From the NCBI RefSeq assembly GCF_011745625.1, contig NW_027191458.1, positions 620,001-684,000 on the forward strand: a stretch of DNA of 64,000 nt, written 5' to 3'. Positions 23,376 to 35,912 of the stretch are shown here, one piece after another (position 1 is the first letter of the stretch; each line of letters starts with the position of its first letter). The notes under the pieces were generated by a model. The model searched no databases. It worked only from the letters and a program-made list of their open reading frames with translations, and was not told the DNA's origin. The translations under genes were made by a program, and so were the position numbers. This DNA is from Cladosporium halotolerans. Lineage: Eukaryota.

Positions 23376-24032
23376 TGTTGCTGTTGGTTGGTTGTTGGGT
23401 TTGGGGTTGGTTGTTTGGTGGTTTGGTTGGATGCGATGCGGGAGTTGGATTGGGGACTTGGGGTGTTTATGCGGATTCTCGTTGCGCAGGCAGCAGACTG
23501 TGCCGGTTCCGAGTCACGGCGTGCGGGTGAGTCGATTGAGTAAAAGTGTCGTGTTGTCGCGTGAGGTCGATCCAGGCAGGGTAGTTTAAAGGTGGCCTCT
23601 CGCTAGTACCTTAGCTGCTCGAGCGCGAGCGCACCCTGGGAACTTCACTCGGTCGGTCTCTGGAAGGACAGCAGAGCTTCTAGGGCCGCGGCTTGCGGCT
23701 GCCGGTGCTGGCTGCAGGCGCCGGGCAGATTGTGGCATGGCGTCGCGCACATGGCAGCACGGGTGCTTTGCGCGGGCGTTGGGCGGGCAGGCTGCGTGTG
23801 TGAAGGCGGGCGAAAGTTCGAGGCTTGAGATGAGTTGGATATAACCATACGCTAATGATATAACCACTTTTGAGCGACGGGGAGAATTGTTGCGCTGTAC
23901 ACGTCGGGATAACTAGACTAGAACCGTCTCTATGATTTAGTCAGGGGCCAAAACATTCTTTCTGGACGACAACGGCGTGCAAAGGAAACAAGGCATTTGC
24001 GGACCTGATCACTCATTCGCAAAAAATAAAAA

Positions 24033-26144
24033 ATGGCCAAATACCCAACCTACGACGAATACCGCGACAAGCCCAAAAAGGGCATCGCAAAATGCGACGA
24101 GCTCCTCAAACGCACGCCGAAAGACATCCACCTCCTCGCCACCAAATCCCAACTCCAAACCGAGCTCGGCGAAACCACCAAAGCAAAAGCGACAATCGAC
24201 GCCCTCCTCGCCCTCTCCCCTCCAACCCGCGACCTGCAAGAAATCAGCCTGATCGAAGATGCTGTCGTCGAGCACCTCTTCTCTTCCACCTTCCCGCAGC
24301 CCGCCACCGCGGGCCCCGAAGTGGCCAAGCTGTGGGAGAACGCGGCGAAATCGGCGACGGCCGTGAACTACAAGCTGGACTTGCAATCGCTGCGCTTCAC
24401 GCGGGCCGTCTTCGACAACAGACTTCAAGATGCGCAGCAGGCGCTGATCCAGCTGAAAGCGCTCGCGCCGAAGAACCGCGTCTTCTACATGGCGCACGCA
24501 GCCGTCACGCAGATGCTTGCGAGCACCGGTGGGGATGAGTTGTCGGGTCGGTTGGCGTTGATGCTGGCGAAGAAGGCTGTGGCTGAGAAGTTTGACGAGG
24601 TGAGCGGGCTGGATTGTAGGGTTCCGGGGCAGATTTTTGCGTTGCAGGGGAAGAGGGAGGAGCTGGAGGGTGTTAGGGGAGGACGGTTCGGCGAGAGCAA
24701 GCAGGTTCACGATGCGTTGAGGGAGCCGAAGCAGAATGACGAGGAGGCGCTTGCCGGGTTGAAGATTGAGGATGCTAAGCTTGGGACCCCGGAACGGCTC
24801 GATGCTTTGATTGCGGAATCGAAAGTCAAGTTTTTGAATTTGTTGAATGGTGGTGGCGATAAGTCGGCGTTCTACAACTTCGCGGCTGACGCCACAGAGA
24901 ACTACCGCAAAGCTGTCGCGTTGATCGATCAATTCCGATACAGACACGTTTGCCAGCTCATATTCCTAGCTATTTCCGCCCTGGTCAAAGTCTGGGAACA
25001 ACACGACGAGACGAACGCTCTGCTGCAAGCCGCGTTCATCGCGGAGATGCTCCTTCGAAACAACCAACACATTCACGAAGCCAAGGTCATTCTTGTCTAC
25101 CTCTACATGCGTTTAGATCTTGCAACTCTTGCCTTGACGCACTGGGACTCGCTCTCCGTCAAGGAAATCCAATTCGACACCATCGGCCACGCCTTCCTCG
25201 CAAAGCTTTCAATCACACACCCACACAAAGCCACAACCTCCACAGCCAAGAACAACGACCCTCTCGCCATCACCACCCAAGCTTTAGGGATGTATACACG
25301 CTACGAGCAAAAGCTCGCCGAATGCGAAGCCAACGTGCTCAACAACGGCCAAACAGGCATGATGCTGGACCTGCACGAGCTGCGCCAAAACCTCCGCCTC
25401 AGCCTGACCCGCCGCCTCCTCTCCCTCGAGCAAAGACGCTACGCCCGCTTCTTCCGACACCCACCCCTCGACACCAACGCAGTCCACATCGAACCCCGCC
25501 TCACAGCCCACTGGCTCGCCAGCAAAGACAACCGCGACTTCGCCGCCGCCTTCGACCACGGCTACAACGCCGAGCGCGCCCTGCACGGCAACGACGACCC
25601 GCGCGCCTGGCTCCTGCACTCCCTCGCGGCCGACACCGCCTGGTGCCTGTCGAACAGCGCCACGCCGCCCGTGAAGGACACCTCCGTGCTCCTCCAACAC
25701 CTCTCCGACGACAAACCCACCCCCTCCCCGACCTCAGCCCTCTCAACAGCAACCCTCCACTTCCTCGCCGCCCCCACACCCGAAACCCTCACTCCCCTCT
25801 CCACCGCCCTCGCCGCCCTCCCCTCCCCTCCCCCAGACCTCAAGGAAACCTACCTCTCCCTCGACGCCCTGCGCACGCTGCCCGCGGCGCTCAAAACCGC
25901 CGAGCAGCAGAACCCGAAGGCCCTGCCGAAGGCGAAGGTCGACGCGCTGCGGAAGGGCGCGGAGGAGGCGATCGCGGGCTTGCAGAGCTTTGCGAAGGAT
26001 CAGGCGAGGCGGAGCTCGCGGACGGGGTTTGAGGGCAACGAGGGGATCTGGAGATTGTTTGGGAGCGAGGAGGTGGAGGGGTTTGAGCGGGGGGTGGCGG
26101 ATGCGAGGGGGAAGGGGTGGGAGGGGGTGGGGAGGGTGAAGTGA
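24033..26144 (+). CDS. MDM20: N-terminal acetyltransferase B non-catalytic subunit (MDM20/NAA25-like)
   Basis: 703 aa helical/TPR-like protein with LVYLYMRL..LSVKEIQFDTIGH motif and DNRDF motif. Confidence 0.72.
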   Translation: MAKYPTYDEYRDKPKKGIAKCDELLKRTPKDIHLLATKSQLQTELGETTKAKATIDALLALSPPTRDLQEISLIEDAVVEHLFSSTFPQPATAGPEVAKLWENAAKSATAVNYKLDLQSLRFTRAVFDNRLQDAQQALIQLKALAPKNRVFYMAHAAVTQMLASTGGDELSGRLALMLAKKAVAEKFDEVSGLDCRVPGQIFALQGKREELEGVRGGRFGESKQVHDALREPKQNDEEALAGLKIEDAKLGTPERLDALIAESKVKFLNLLNGGGDKSAFYNFAADATENYRKAVALIDQFRYRHVCQLIFLAISALVKVWEQHDETNALLQAAFIAEMLLRNNQHIHEAKVILVYLYMRLDLATLALTHWDSLSVKEIQFDTIGHAFLAKLSITHPHKATTSTAKNNDPLAITTQALGMYTRYEQKLAECEANVLNNGQTGMMLDLHELRQNLRLSLTRRLLSLEQRRYARFFRHPPLDTNAVHIEPRLTAHWLASKDNRDFAAAFDHGYNAERALHGNDDPRAWLLHSLAADTAWCLSNSATPPVKDTSVLLQHLSDDKPTPSPTSALSTATLHFLAAPTPETLTPLSTALAALPSPPPDLKETYLSLDALRTLPAALKTAEQQNPKALPKAKVDALRKGAEEAIAGLQSFAKDQARRSSRTGFEGNEGIWRLFGSEEVEGFERGVADARGKGWEGVGRVK

Positions 26145-26457
26145 AGTGAGGTTCGATCGTGAAGGATCGATGTTTCACGCAGCGTGCATAATTCTGCGAT
26201 GTGGAGAATGTACATTGGATGACTGTCTAGCACTCATGCGTACCGTGCATTCTCTACGAGATGCTCTGATCCCCTGTATTCAGATCATTTGCACCTTGAT
26301 GTGCAGTCCTTTTTGGACTTGCGGAAATTCTTTCTTTTGCTTCCCTTCGATGTGACCCTTGAACCCAACCCAGAACGCCGTGCTTGAACGCTGCAATTAA
26401 ACTTCGTGAAGTGAGGCCGTGGCTTAAATGCGCTTGATATCCGGCATGCTGTTGTCT

Positions 26458-27642
26458 TTATTGCGCATTTCCCAAATCGTCTTTTGGCGAAGCATCTGAC
26501 TCGTTCTCATGATGCTCGTCAGGTTCCGCGGCGGTGCTCTGGTTCACAAGGACAGCATCGCCGGCTTCTCGTTGCGCTTCAGCAAGCCCTCGTTCAGCAG
26601 CCACACGCTTTGCCTCTTCTCGTTTGCGCGCAATCTCTGCTTCCTCTTCTTCCGCCAGCTTGCGCTCTTCCTGGGTCAGTTCCTTCATGGTAGGGACTTC
26701 CACCTCTTTTGGATCAACGTCTTCGATCCCACTCGGACGCTCTTCATCCACCGGCGTCTGTACAACACTACTATTCCGGCTCCTTCCATCCCTCCCCAAC
26801 GAACTCCTCGAGCTCACCGTCCGCCGACTCGACACCCTGCTTCCCCCCGATGGCCTCTTCCCCCTCTTCTTCGGCGCCACGCTCCCCGTCTTGCCCGAAC
26901 TGCTCTCCGTCTCCGGGCCCGACTGCGTATTCCTCCTCTCCAACACCATCGCAAACTCATCATCCAGCGGCACCGCATCGTCCTCCTCGTCCGAGGGGAA
27001 AATATCCCCACGGCTACTCAGACTATCCGCGGTCTCCCTGCTCTCCACCGTCCCACTCCGCGTCCTTCCATGCTGTCTCCTACTACTCCTCCCCTCCAAC
27101 AACCCCTCCGTCTCCCCGCTCCGCCCCTTCCCAGGATGCTCCTGCAAGTCCGCCGCCGAAGGCTGATACCTCACCGCGCGGCCCGCGCCAAACAACCTGC
27201 CCAGCAACCCCCCTGCCCCGCCTCCTCCTCCCCCTCCCTCCCCTCCTCCACCATCAAGCACACTCTTCCGCCGCCCATAACTCATCCCCCTCCCCCTCGC
27301 CGGCTGCTCCTCGACAGCCACAGTCCCATACCCCCCAACCTCATCCTCCCCCCACCCAAGCAACCCCCCCTCCTCCTCCTCTTCCCAATCATCGTAGAAA
27401 TCAAAGTTCAGCTCCGCCCTGCCCCTCCCTCCTCCTCCCCTGCCTCGCCGCAGTCTCTCGCGCTGCGGACACGCGGCGTCGATGCACGTCCCCAGGCAGG
27501 AGCCGCAGGCGGAGAAAGCGGGGCGGATGTAGCGTTGTGTGAAGATGTAGAGGCCGGACTGCGCGGACTCGTTGGCGGACTCGAGCGTCGCGGAGAGGTC
27601 GTTGAGGCGCCGGCGGAAGCGCGGGTCGGTCGTGCGGTACAT
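26458..27642 (-). CDS. Conserved hypothetical fungal protein (Cys-rich patch, acidic/disordered)
   Basis: ATG 27642 MYRTTDPRFRRRLNDLS; motifs LNFDFYDDWE, YQPSAADLQEHP, DAVPLDDEFAMVLERR; biased codon usage. Confidence 0.75.
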   Translation of the reverse strand: MYRTTDPRFRRRLNDLSATLESANESAQSGLYIFTQRYIRPAFSACGSCLGTCIDAACPQRERLRRGRGGGGRGRAELNFDFYDDWEEEEEGGLLGWGEDEVGGYGTVAVEEQPARGRGMSYGRRKSVLDGGGGEGGGGGGGAGGLLGRLFGAGRAVRYQPSAADLQEHPGKGRSGETEGLLEGRSSRRQHGRTRSGTVESRETADSLSSRGDIFPSDEEDDAVPLDDEFAMVLERRNTQSGPETESSSGKTGSVAPKKRGKRPSGGSRVSSRRTVSSRSSLGRDGRSRNSSVVQTPVDEERPSGIEDVDPKEVEVPTMKELTQEERKLAEEEEAEIARKREEAKRVAAERGLAEAQREAGDAVLVNQSTAAEPDEHHENESDASPKDDLGNAQ

Positions 27643-28249
27643 GCTTGTAGGTTGGTTTTTGAGGTAGGGTGAGGCGAGGTGGAGTGCGCGCGCGCGTGCG
27701 CCGGTGGGCGCGGGGTTGGCGTGCTGTGCTGTGCTGGGTGTGCTGGTTGTGAGTGCGCGCCGGCGGTGGTTTTGCGAGGCGGACGTGCGCGCGGGCGCAC
27801 GGGCGTTGAGGGTGTCGTTCAATGGTGATGGAGATGGAGAGCGAGAGGGCGTGCGCAAGGTTGGGCGCAAGGCTGGGGTCGGGTCGGGCGGTTGTGGAGG
27901 GGAGCGGGCGTGGGCTGATTGGAGTCTGGGGAAGCTTCCATGGCTTCCATTGCGCTTCCGTTTCTGCGCTGATCGTGAGAGCTGGTGGCTTGGAAGGGCA
28001 CGTGATGGGCGGTGGGAGTGAGGTCGGTATTTTTTTTGGTCTGCATACGAAAAGAAGTGAAGTTCATAAGGCAAATCTCAGTGGGTTGTGTCAAGTGAAT
28101 CGAAAAAAGACGGTTCCATGAAACTCATCGCGCCAATCGATCAAGCTCACAACCACAACACTACCTCATCAACCTCGGAACGTCTTCGAGGACATGGCGC
28201 CCAACGGCTATAGGACAACGATCCGATATACAAGAATGACCTAGGTCTA

Positions 28250-28480
28250 AAATGATGGCGCGAATTACGCAAATTCGCTACGAGTGAGGTTTACTGGGTT
28301 ATCTTCGCCGGTGATGAGTAGCTGCTGCCGAAACCGGAGGATCATGATTACTTGATCGCCGAACCAGACAGGATCAAGACCTTACCAATGCAACACAAAA
28401 GGTACAGTACCTAAGCGAGCCCCATCCATTTTGCTATTGACATCCTGCTAGCTCACATCGAAAGTGCTGTCCAGTGCTGT
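28250..28480 (+). pseudogene. Decayed copy of the adjacent gag-like gene N-terminus
   Basis: Reads K*WRELRKFATSEVYWVIFAGDE*LLPKPEDHDYL and later FAIDILLAHIESAV. These match QWWREFRTLARAKGYWALFTGEEQLLPKPERKDYF and LATELLLAQIKPAL of 28878-29636. Confidence 0.75.
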
Positions 28481-28877
28481 CTAGGAGGAACTTCAAAGTG
28501 CACAGGCTGAATTTGTCTAATCATACCGTACATTTCGAAAGAGGCTTCGTGGCAGGCTGAGACCGAATGGAAAGTCACTCAAGGCTATGTGCTTTCAATC
28601 GCTCAGCCGCCCACAGAAGATCGATCCTGGTAGTACGAAAGCCTCGCCGCGCACCTGCCACTCTTAAAACACCCTGGCTCCTCCCGATGACTAGTGTACA
28701 TCAGCCGTTTCCTCTTTCTCTCGCCGCGCTCCTTTTTCTTCCCATCTCTGTCTTCATCTTTCTCTCGATCAACGTTGACGACCGAGACGCTCTCAATCTC
28801 GAGACTCACGACCACGAGCCTCACAGTCTGCAAACTCACGACCAAGGCACTGCCAGTCGTCAAACGTCTGCACCAAC

Positions 28878-29636
28878 ATGGGGACCAACGACTCCACCAC
28901 CAAGAATCACCCAAGCCTGAGTATTACGCCACTCAACGGGCAGGACAACTTCACCCAATGGTGGCGGGAGTTCCGTACCCTCGCTAGAGCCAAAGGTTAC
29001 TGGGCTCTCTTTACCGGCGAAGAACAGCTGCTCCCTAAGCCCGAACGCAAAGACTACTTCGTCTCGATCAAGGACCGTACTCAGACGGACTCTCAAGAGG
29101 TGAACAACGTCGTTGGATCGATCGAAGAATACCGTCTTGACGTCGATTTGTACGAAAAGCAATTGAGACGTGCTGGACTTGCGACCGAGTTGCTGCTTGC
29201 TCAGATAAAACCGGCTCTCCGGGGCCTTCTGGCAGATTCTACCAGCCCCAAGGCAACACTCGATCTCGTCAAGGCTCAGCACCACAGGAAAGGTCCGCTG
29301 GCACTTCTCGACGCTTATGGTGCCATAGCAGAAGTCTCCCTTTACGATCATGATTACTTGATCGACTACTTCCAAGAGCTCTGCCTCCGCGCCGAAGACA
29401 TCAAAGACTTAGGAGGTCTGCTCTCGGACGACCAGTTCCAATATCACCTCATCCACGGTCTTACGGAAGATTTCGACGAGTTCGTCAGATTCTTCAAACT
29501 GCAGCTGGGTTCCCCGTCAGCTCCTCCAGCTTCCCCCGAGACCACGAAGGCACTCCTGAAGCAGCTTCTGGTGGAGGAGGCAAGCTTCAAGCTGAAGACG
29601 CCGATGCCGAACCAGCGTTCATTAAACGGAAAGTGA
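28878..29636 (+). mobile_element. Ty1/copia-type gag-like ORF (252 aa) without pol or visible LTRs
   Basis: PLNGQDNFTQW..AKGYWALFTGEE resembles the copia gag N-terminus. DLGGLLSDDQF..LIHGLTEDFDEFV resembles the gag UBN2 region. Confidence 0.65.
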
Positions 29637-29997
29637 AAGCCGAATGTACGGTGTTGAAGCATATGCGAGGCATGTCTGAGCCAGTGAACATCCTTGTCAA
29701 AATTGCTGATCAGGGAGGTACGGAGAGTAGCTGTCACAACAACATCGGCTTTCAAAAATGCACGGAGCAATCAGCATTCGCTGTGTTTCTCAACGAGGTG
29801 GTCGGATATGATGTTTTTTAACCTACGTCGTCATGCTATATTTGAAGGCACCTGCCTATCCCCATAGCAATACAAAGCTTTCCTTGCATACTTGTCATTA
29901 GTCTCTTTCCTATTGCACAAACACCGAAGCTCGCAAATACCAAGGCTCAAATGCACTGGATCATCATGGCCACGACCTATACCAAGGCGTGACCTTA

Positions 29998-31097
29998 CTA
30001 CGACCTCGCCCTGGCCTCTTCCAAAGCTTTGATGATACCCTCTCGGACCTCCTCAACAATTTCAGCCGCAGACTGTTCCTTCGTGACCAACCCTACTCCT
30101 GTACCCGCCCACATCGCCGCCCTACCCTTACCACCAACACCATACCCGCCATCCGCCTGCTGACTAGCCTCCGTAAACTGCTTCCGAACATGCTCCATTC
30201 CCGCCCCCGTTCTAAAATCCTCCGAACTCTCATTAACAATCCCCCGCCCATCATACCCCTCCGGCCAAACACTCTCCCCCCTCAACTCATCAAACACCAT
30301 CGTCTTCACAGTCTCCTGCCCCCCATCCTTCGCCGCCAGCACCGCCTCCCTCCAAACCGGATGCAACTTCGTCTCCCGCGCCCCCAAGAACCTCGTCCCC
30401 ATCACAACCCCTTCCGCCCCCAGCGCCAACCCCGCCGCCGCACCCCTCCCATCCGCCATCCCCCCCGCGCCAACAAGCATCACATCCCCCAACCCCTCCC
30501 TCTCCAGCGCACTCCTCACCTCAGGCAAAAGCGCCACCAACCCCGCGCTCCTCGCCAGCCCGTGCCCGCCCGCATCCGCGCCCTGCACACACAGCACGTC
30601 CGGCCTCGCTTCTCGCGCAACCCGCACCGCGCTCGCGACATTCCCGACCTGCACCCAGACCATGCTCGCGGGGCTCGCCTGCCTCGCCCTCTCAGCCCAA
30701 GCGGCGTAGTCGCCGAGCTCGTTGGCCGCGAAGAGCCAGACGACGGCGGGGCGGTGCTTGCGGACGATTTCGGCCGCGCGGTCGAGGTTCGCGAGGAAGG
30801 CGAGGAAGCCGACGCCGATTGGTAGGAGGCCGTCTGATGTCCGGGTTAGCTGGCTGGAAGTTGAGAGGGTTTGCAGTTCGGTTTCGAGCGCGGCGAGGTC
30901 GTTGGTTGAGCCGATTTGGCCGAGGCCGCCGGCGCGCTTGACGGCTAGGGCGAGGGGGGCGGTGGCGGAGTTGGCCATCTGAAGATTGTTAGTTTTGTCG
31001 ATTGGTTGTCAGGATGGGGTGGTTCGGCCCTTACGGGTGCGTTGATGATCAGTGGTGCCTTCGTCCATGGGAGGCGTTTGGCGAGGAGGGACGGCAT
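29998..31097 (-). CDS. Nitronate monooxygenase / 2-nitropropane dioxygenase family; exons 31097-31035, 30978-29998
   Basis: LPWTKAPLIINAP|MA, VQGADAGGHG, AGGMADGRG..ALGAEGVVMGTRF, WAGTGVGLV. Confidence 0.88.
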
Positions 31098-31522
31098 TTT
31101 ATTTGTCCGTCTTGGACGATTCGGTCCAAGCTTTTTATCTTCTATTACGGCGTAAATCGGTCTATCTGGATCTTAAGGTAGGGCAGCGTGGTGATGAGAT
31201 ATATATCTTGATCCTAATCGGAGATACGCGGGGACAGGGTCCGCGGACGCACTCCACCTGCAGTAGCACGCAAGCATCGTTTGTTGATCAGATCCGAGGT
31301 CCAATTGCTGAGTTTAATTTCACCTCAGCTCTGATCATGAACTCAGCTGACATACGCAAGGATCGAAGATTTGGACGAATGATGTACTCTTGTTGCATGC
31401 GAAGAGTCGCACATCTGACTATCGAACTTTGAGGCGGTGAGGGTAGTGCTACGGGGACCTCTGAAGTCTTCATTAAACGATTCTAAACATATGTTCCCGT
31501 AGGATTATGCCTCAATCGAAAT

Positions 31523-33334
31523 CTAAAGCTCCATTCCCTCCCCATCATCCTGATCATCGTCGTCGTCGTCAAAATCGTCCATATCCCCCTCCGTATCAAA
31601 CGCCATCAACTTCTCGCCCTTGCTAACCGTGCCCACCTCAACCACATACCCCGGCGCGACCTCACACTCCGTCAACTTCGTCCTATCATCCTCGCCCTCG
31701 CCATCCCCACCCTTCTTCTTCTTCTGCTTCGCCGGCTTCTCGCCCTCCGCCGCGCCCTCCGCAGGCGCCGCCGCAGGCTCCGCGGGCTTCATGCCCTCGA
31801 TCTTCGCGCGGCGGCCGACGATGCAGCCCGTGAGCTGGACGCCGTCGCCGACGCTGACGCCGTCCATGAGCAGGCAGCGGGTCAGGCGGGCGTTGGCGCC
31901 GATTTCGCAGTTGGGCCCGATGATGGTCTCCTTGATGTTGGAGCGCATGCCGAGCTTGACGTTCTCCGCGACGAGGCTGTCTTCGGTGCTGACGCGGGCT
32001 TGCATGCCGACGTTGGCGGAGGGGTGCACTTTGTGCTCCTGCGCGAGAGGGTTGTCGGAGGGGTTTTGTTTGGCGAGGTAGAGGGAGGTGTTGAGGAGGG
32101 CGGCGGAGGTGTCGATGCGGCGGATGAGAGGGTGGGCGGTGGTAGGGGCGGTTACTGTTGAGGGGAGAGAGGGCTGGACGTAGGCGAGGAAAGGTGGAGG
32201 GTTTGTTGGCTGTGAAGGCGGGGTGGCGGTGGTGCGTACTCTGCTGGCGAAGACGGGAAGGTTGCCAGTGGGGTGCGGTGTGTGGTTGGAGGAAGTTGTG
32301 GACGACATGGCGGCGATGTCAATCTCCTCTCCTGTGGCCATGTCGTCTTCGTGGATGCTGTCCGAGGCCTTCTGTCCCAGAATGTCGTCCAGCCCAAGCT
32401 TTGAACCCAGACCATCCTGCCATGAAGCCTTCGCCCACCAGCCCAGCACATCCTCCGATATCGAATCAAACTTCTCATTCTTCGCAGCGAGCTCTTTGAC
32501 CCATTTGGGGAAAATGTATACGTGCGCATCCCTGTGCTTTGTCTTGATCTTGACCCTGCCATGTTGCGCGATCAGAGTCTGCCGAATCTTAAGACTCTTG
32601 CTGCTATCCTCCTCAATCAAGTCTCTCAATGTGTCCGTCGGCATACTGGTGACCAGTTCCTCGACGTCCGGTCTCAGCGAGCCACTCGGGGCTGGCACGG
32701 GAGGCTGTGGGAGCGGCACCGTAGCGATAAAGTCCGTCTCGTCTTTCTTGTGGCTAATTCCCTCCAGACCTTGTGTAGGATAGAATACTCCCATACCGCC
32801 CTTGTGGTGGCCAGTCTTCTCCGATACCGTCAACGGGTTGAGAGTGAGCCATTGCTGGACGATCTTGCTACCCTCGACCTCCGAGATCAAATCGCAAGGC
32901 AGGATAACGAAGTCGCTTGTGATCGCTTTCTGCACCTCGGGTAGTCGGAGCAACTCGCCAGTACCAGTCGTCTGTGTCAGGTCGGCCGGGGAGAGCACTT
33001 CGGGTTTCGGGGTCAGACTCGTGAGGGCAGGGTTGGTTTTGAGTGCGGATTCAAGTGGAGGGGCGGATTCGGGAGGTGTGATCAAGGTGATGTCTGTTCA
33101 GAGCTTGCGATCAGCATTCGGTCACAACCATTCAGAGCTTCTTTCCGTGCGCATACCTGTGACTCCCATGCGATAGCACCAGTCAAGCGGGTACCAGACC
33201 ATAGGGCGATTCGCTATGGGAATGAGCGCTTTGGGCAAATCCTTCGGCGAAGATGTGAATGTGTTCAGCGAAACACCAGGTCCGCATAGAATGAAGGCCT
33301 GCAGGCCCGGCGAGGGCTGGGTTGCGTGAGGCAT
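31523..33334 (-). CDS. GCD1: Translation initiation factor eIF2B subunit gamma; exons 33334-33157, 33093-31523
   Basis: QAFILCGPG..PKALIPIANRPMVWYPL NTP-transferase-like N-terminus, DFVILPCDL, C-terminal left-handed beta-helix repeats. Intron 33156-33094. Confidence 0.88.
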
Positions 33335-34093
33335 TGTGTATAGTCGCGAGGGGTCTCAAAGTGCGCGTAGGCGCGCGGATGTCGGTTCGCTCTGCGCCTC
33401 TATGCGCGAATGCGTTGTTGTATTTGTTGCTTTCTTCTGGCGAAAGTTTCGATTAGAGCTTCTTCGAGGTCCTCGGTTGGAGTGCTGGAGATGGGTTGTT
33501 TGGTGGCAGATCACTGCGTCAAGCCATGACTCTTTTTTCTGGAGACCGCTGCGAGATGTTGCCCCGCGCTGCGTTGGCGTCGGCTGGTGGGAGCATCCAT
33601 CCAGACGAAAGGCAATGCACGACGATCGCATATTCACATCTTTTCGTCTCCAATCATCCGTATGTCGGTGCCTCGATTCGACTGATTGACAGGGAGTCCG
33701 TGACATGTTGCGAGATACCTATGTTGCGCATGGACATTACTTGTAGGCCGACGTGTTGAGCTTGCTCGATTATAGCGTTTTTGACAATTGATCTCTTCGC
33801 GAAAAGGTCAATCATTGGCATAATGTCCAAAGGTATGTTACCACATGGCATAAAATTGGGACAAAAAGGCCTTTCAACATTTCGAAACCCAAAAGACCGG
33901 TTCTCATGCGACCTGTAACAACGACGAAAAGTTGTTGACCGTCGACTCAGGGATAGGAGGGTTAGGGTTGGGGTTGACCAGGCGGTAGCAAAATCCGCAA
34001 GTACAAGCGCGAACGGACAAAAGGATGCAATAGGATACAGCAGGTGTACTGATGAAGAATTGAAATGGTACTTAGATCTCATGGATATCACGT

Positions 34094-35245
34094 TCACCTG
34101 GCCCTAACAGCCAACCCAACAGCCCCAGTGTCAAACAGTTCGACCAATCCACTTCCCACGCACTCTGCTAGTACGCAGTCGAACTTCATGCCATAAAACT
34201 CCTTCCACCTCTTCGTCTTACCAGGTAGAACACCACCCCACTCTCCACGCTCCCTCTTTAGCCTATTGATAGGGTCGTTCGGCGTATTGCCTTCCCACTT
34301 CTCCCTCAAGATCTCCATCGTTGCCTCTTTATGTCGGGGTGATATCGACTTGAGAATGTGAAGTAGGTGTTGTCGCGCGGCAACTAGAAGCTTGAGATAA
34401 ATGCCAGTGCCGGGAAGGGCGAAGGTCATCTCGCGCTCTTTGCCTCTGATCAAGTCGGAGGGCCGCTTGTCTCTGGTGGCGAGCGTGCTGCCGCTTCCAC
34501 CAGAGTCGTGGACGGCGCCTGCGCCACCGATGGCTGCCAGAGTACCTGTTGCTGCTCTGGAGCCTGCAGAAGAGACCGTCGAAAGAGAGTTGGATGAGCC
34601 CGGTGGCATGAAAAGATCTCCAAGTGACGCAGAAAGCGCCGCGGGAGATGTGAGGAAGCCGGCGTTGACCAAGTCGCGCTCCTCGGCATCTGACAGCGAG
34701 CTCACAGGTGTGGTGGGAGAAGTGCGATGCGCCGACAATAGACAGGTATATTTCTGCTTCACGCCATCGTCTAATGCCTCCTCGTCTCTGAGGTGCCGCA
34801 CCCACTCCTCGACCAGGACCACACCATCACCCACTGCAGCGCCTCCCCTCCCCCTCCCAGGCACAGTCACCTTCCTCACCTTGCCTTCTGCGATCAGTTT
34901 CGCAAGCTCCCTCTCGGTCTGTGTACTGCTGCGACTGATCGCGTGAAGATGCGCCAGAGTCACGATTGGCGGGAGAGCCTTGCGAAACCTCAAGACTTCT
35001 GAGATGCGCTCGCTGTTCATCCCAGCGGCGCGCTCCGGCACATCGTCGAAGGCGCGCGCCTGGATGTGTCGCATCAGACTGATGACATCTCGGGGCGTGC
35101 TGCTGCTCGCCAGAGTCGCCACCAAGCCAGTGTCTTCGAGCCGTTGTTCTTTGTCTGCGCCACGTGAGGCGGGCTTGCTGCGCTGCGCGTTCGCAAACGG
35201 CGAAGAGGATTTGCGCCGGATCAGAGGGTTCGTCGATTTGGGCAT
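34094..35245 (-). CDS. STK19-family protein
   Basis: LPPIVTLAHLHA..TQTEREL, LVNAGFLT, KRWKEFYGMKFDCVLAECVGSGLVELFDT. Confidence 0.72.
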   Translation of the reverse strand: MPKSTNPLIRRKSSSPFANAQRSKPASRGADKEQRLEDTGLVATLASSSTPRDVISLMRHIQARAFDDVPERAAGMNSERISEVLRFRKALPPIVTLAHLHAISRSSTQTERELAKLIAEGKVRKVTVPGRGRGGAAVGDGVVLVEEWVRHLRDEEALDDGVKQKYTCLLSAHRTSPTTPVSSLSDAEERDLVNAGFLTSPAALSASLGDLFMPPGSSNSLSTVSSAGSRAATGTLAAIGGAGAVHDSGGSGSTLATRDKRPSDLIRGKEREMTFALPGTGIYLKLLVAARQHLLHILKSISPRHKEATMEILREKWEGNTPNDPINRLKRERGEWGGVLPGKTKRWKEFYGMKFDCVLAECVGSGLVELFDTGAVGLAVRAR

Positions 35246-35912
35246 GGTGGCGTTGAAGGTGGAGCTCAAAACACGGTACACTCTCTGCCCTTGCCCTCCA
35301 TGCAGAGCCGAGGTGTGGTTAGGTGCTGTATTGCTGACAGTGTGGAAAAGGGCCCGAGACGGACATGCTGCAGCCTGCAGTGCGAGGCTGAGATAATCGG
35401 CTCAGGGTCTCGTCGCCGCTAGACGCGAACGGCCATACATTGACCACCGGACAGAGCGAGGACACTGGTGTGTTGGTGTGTGTATTTGACAAGTGCTCAA
35501 TCGCGTCGCGTCCGTGCCATCTCAATTGCTGCCAGACCCGAGCCCACGGGCGCCGCCCGGCTCTCCGGGCGATCTTCCGGTGGCAGACGCTCACTCTCTC
35601 CCAGCCGCCTGGCCAGCCGCACGTGAAAGCACGCGACGTCATCGCCTGCATGCGCGTCGGCAGAGCGCAAGAAACGCCTGGTACAGGAGGTTACAGAGCT
35701 AGTTACAGCTCGCCGCGCCACCCAACGTGCATGCTGCGCTGATCCCGCCCCCAGCTCAGCCATTGCAGCTGTAGTAGCACGACTGCTGCCCCATCGCCGC
35801 CGACCCCGTCTATCAGTACAGGTGTGTCTGCCCGTTGTCTCGCTCATCCTGCCATGCTCTGCGCCAGCACCATCGCCGCCGCCGCCTCCCGATACCGCGT
35901 CGCCCACATGCA

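Noticed and set aside
27643..28074. N-terminal extension of the 26458-28074 ORF, and the 62377 start for HIS1
   Set aside because: The first is low-complexity open frame in presumed UTR/promoter. The second lies inside HIS1 intron 1; a better start exists at 62301.
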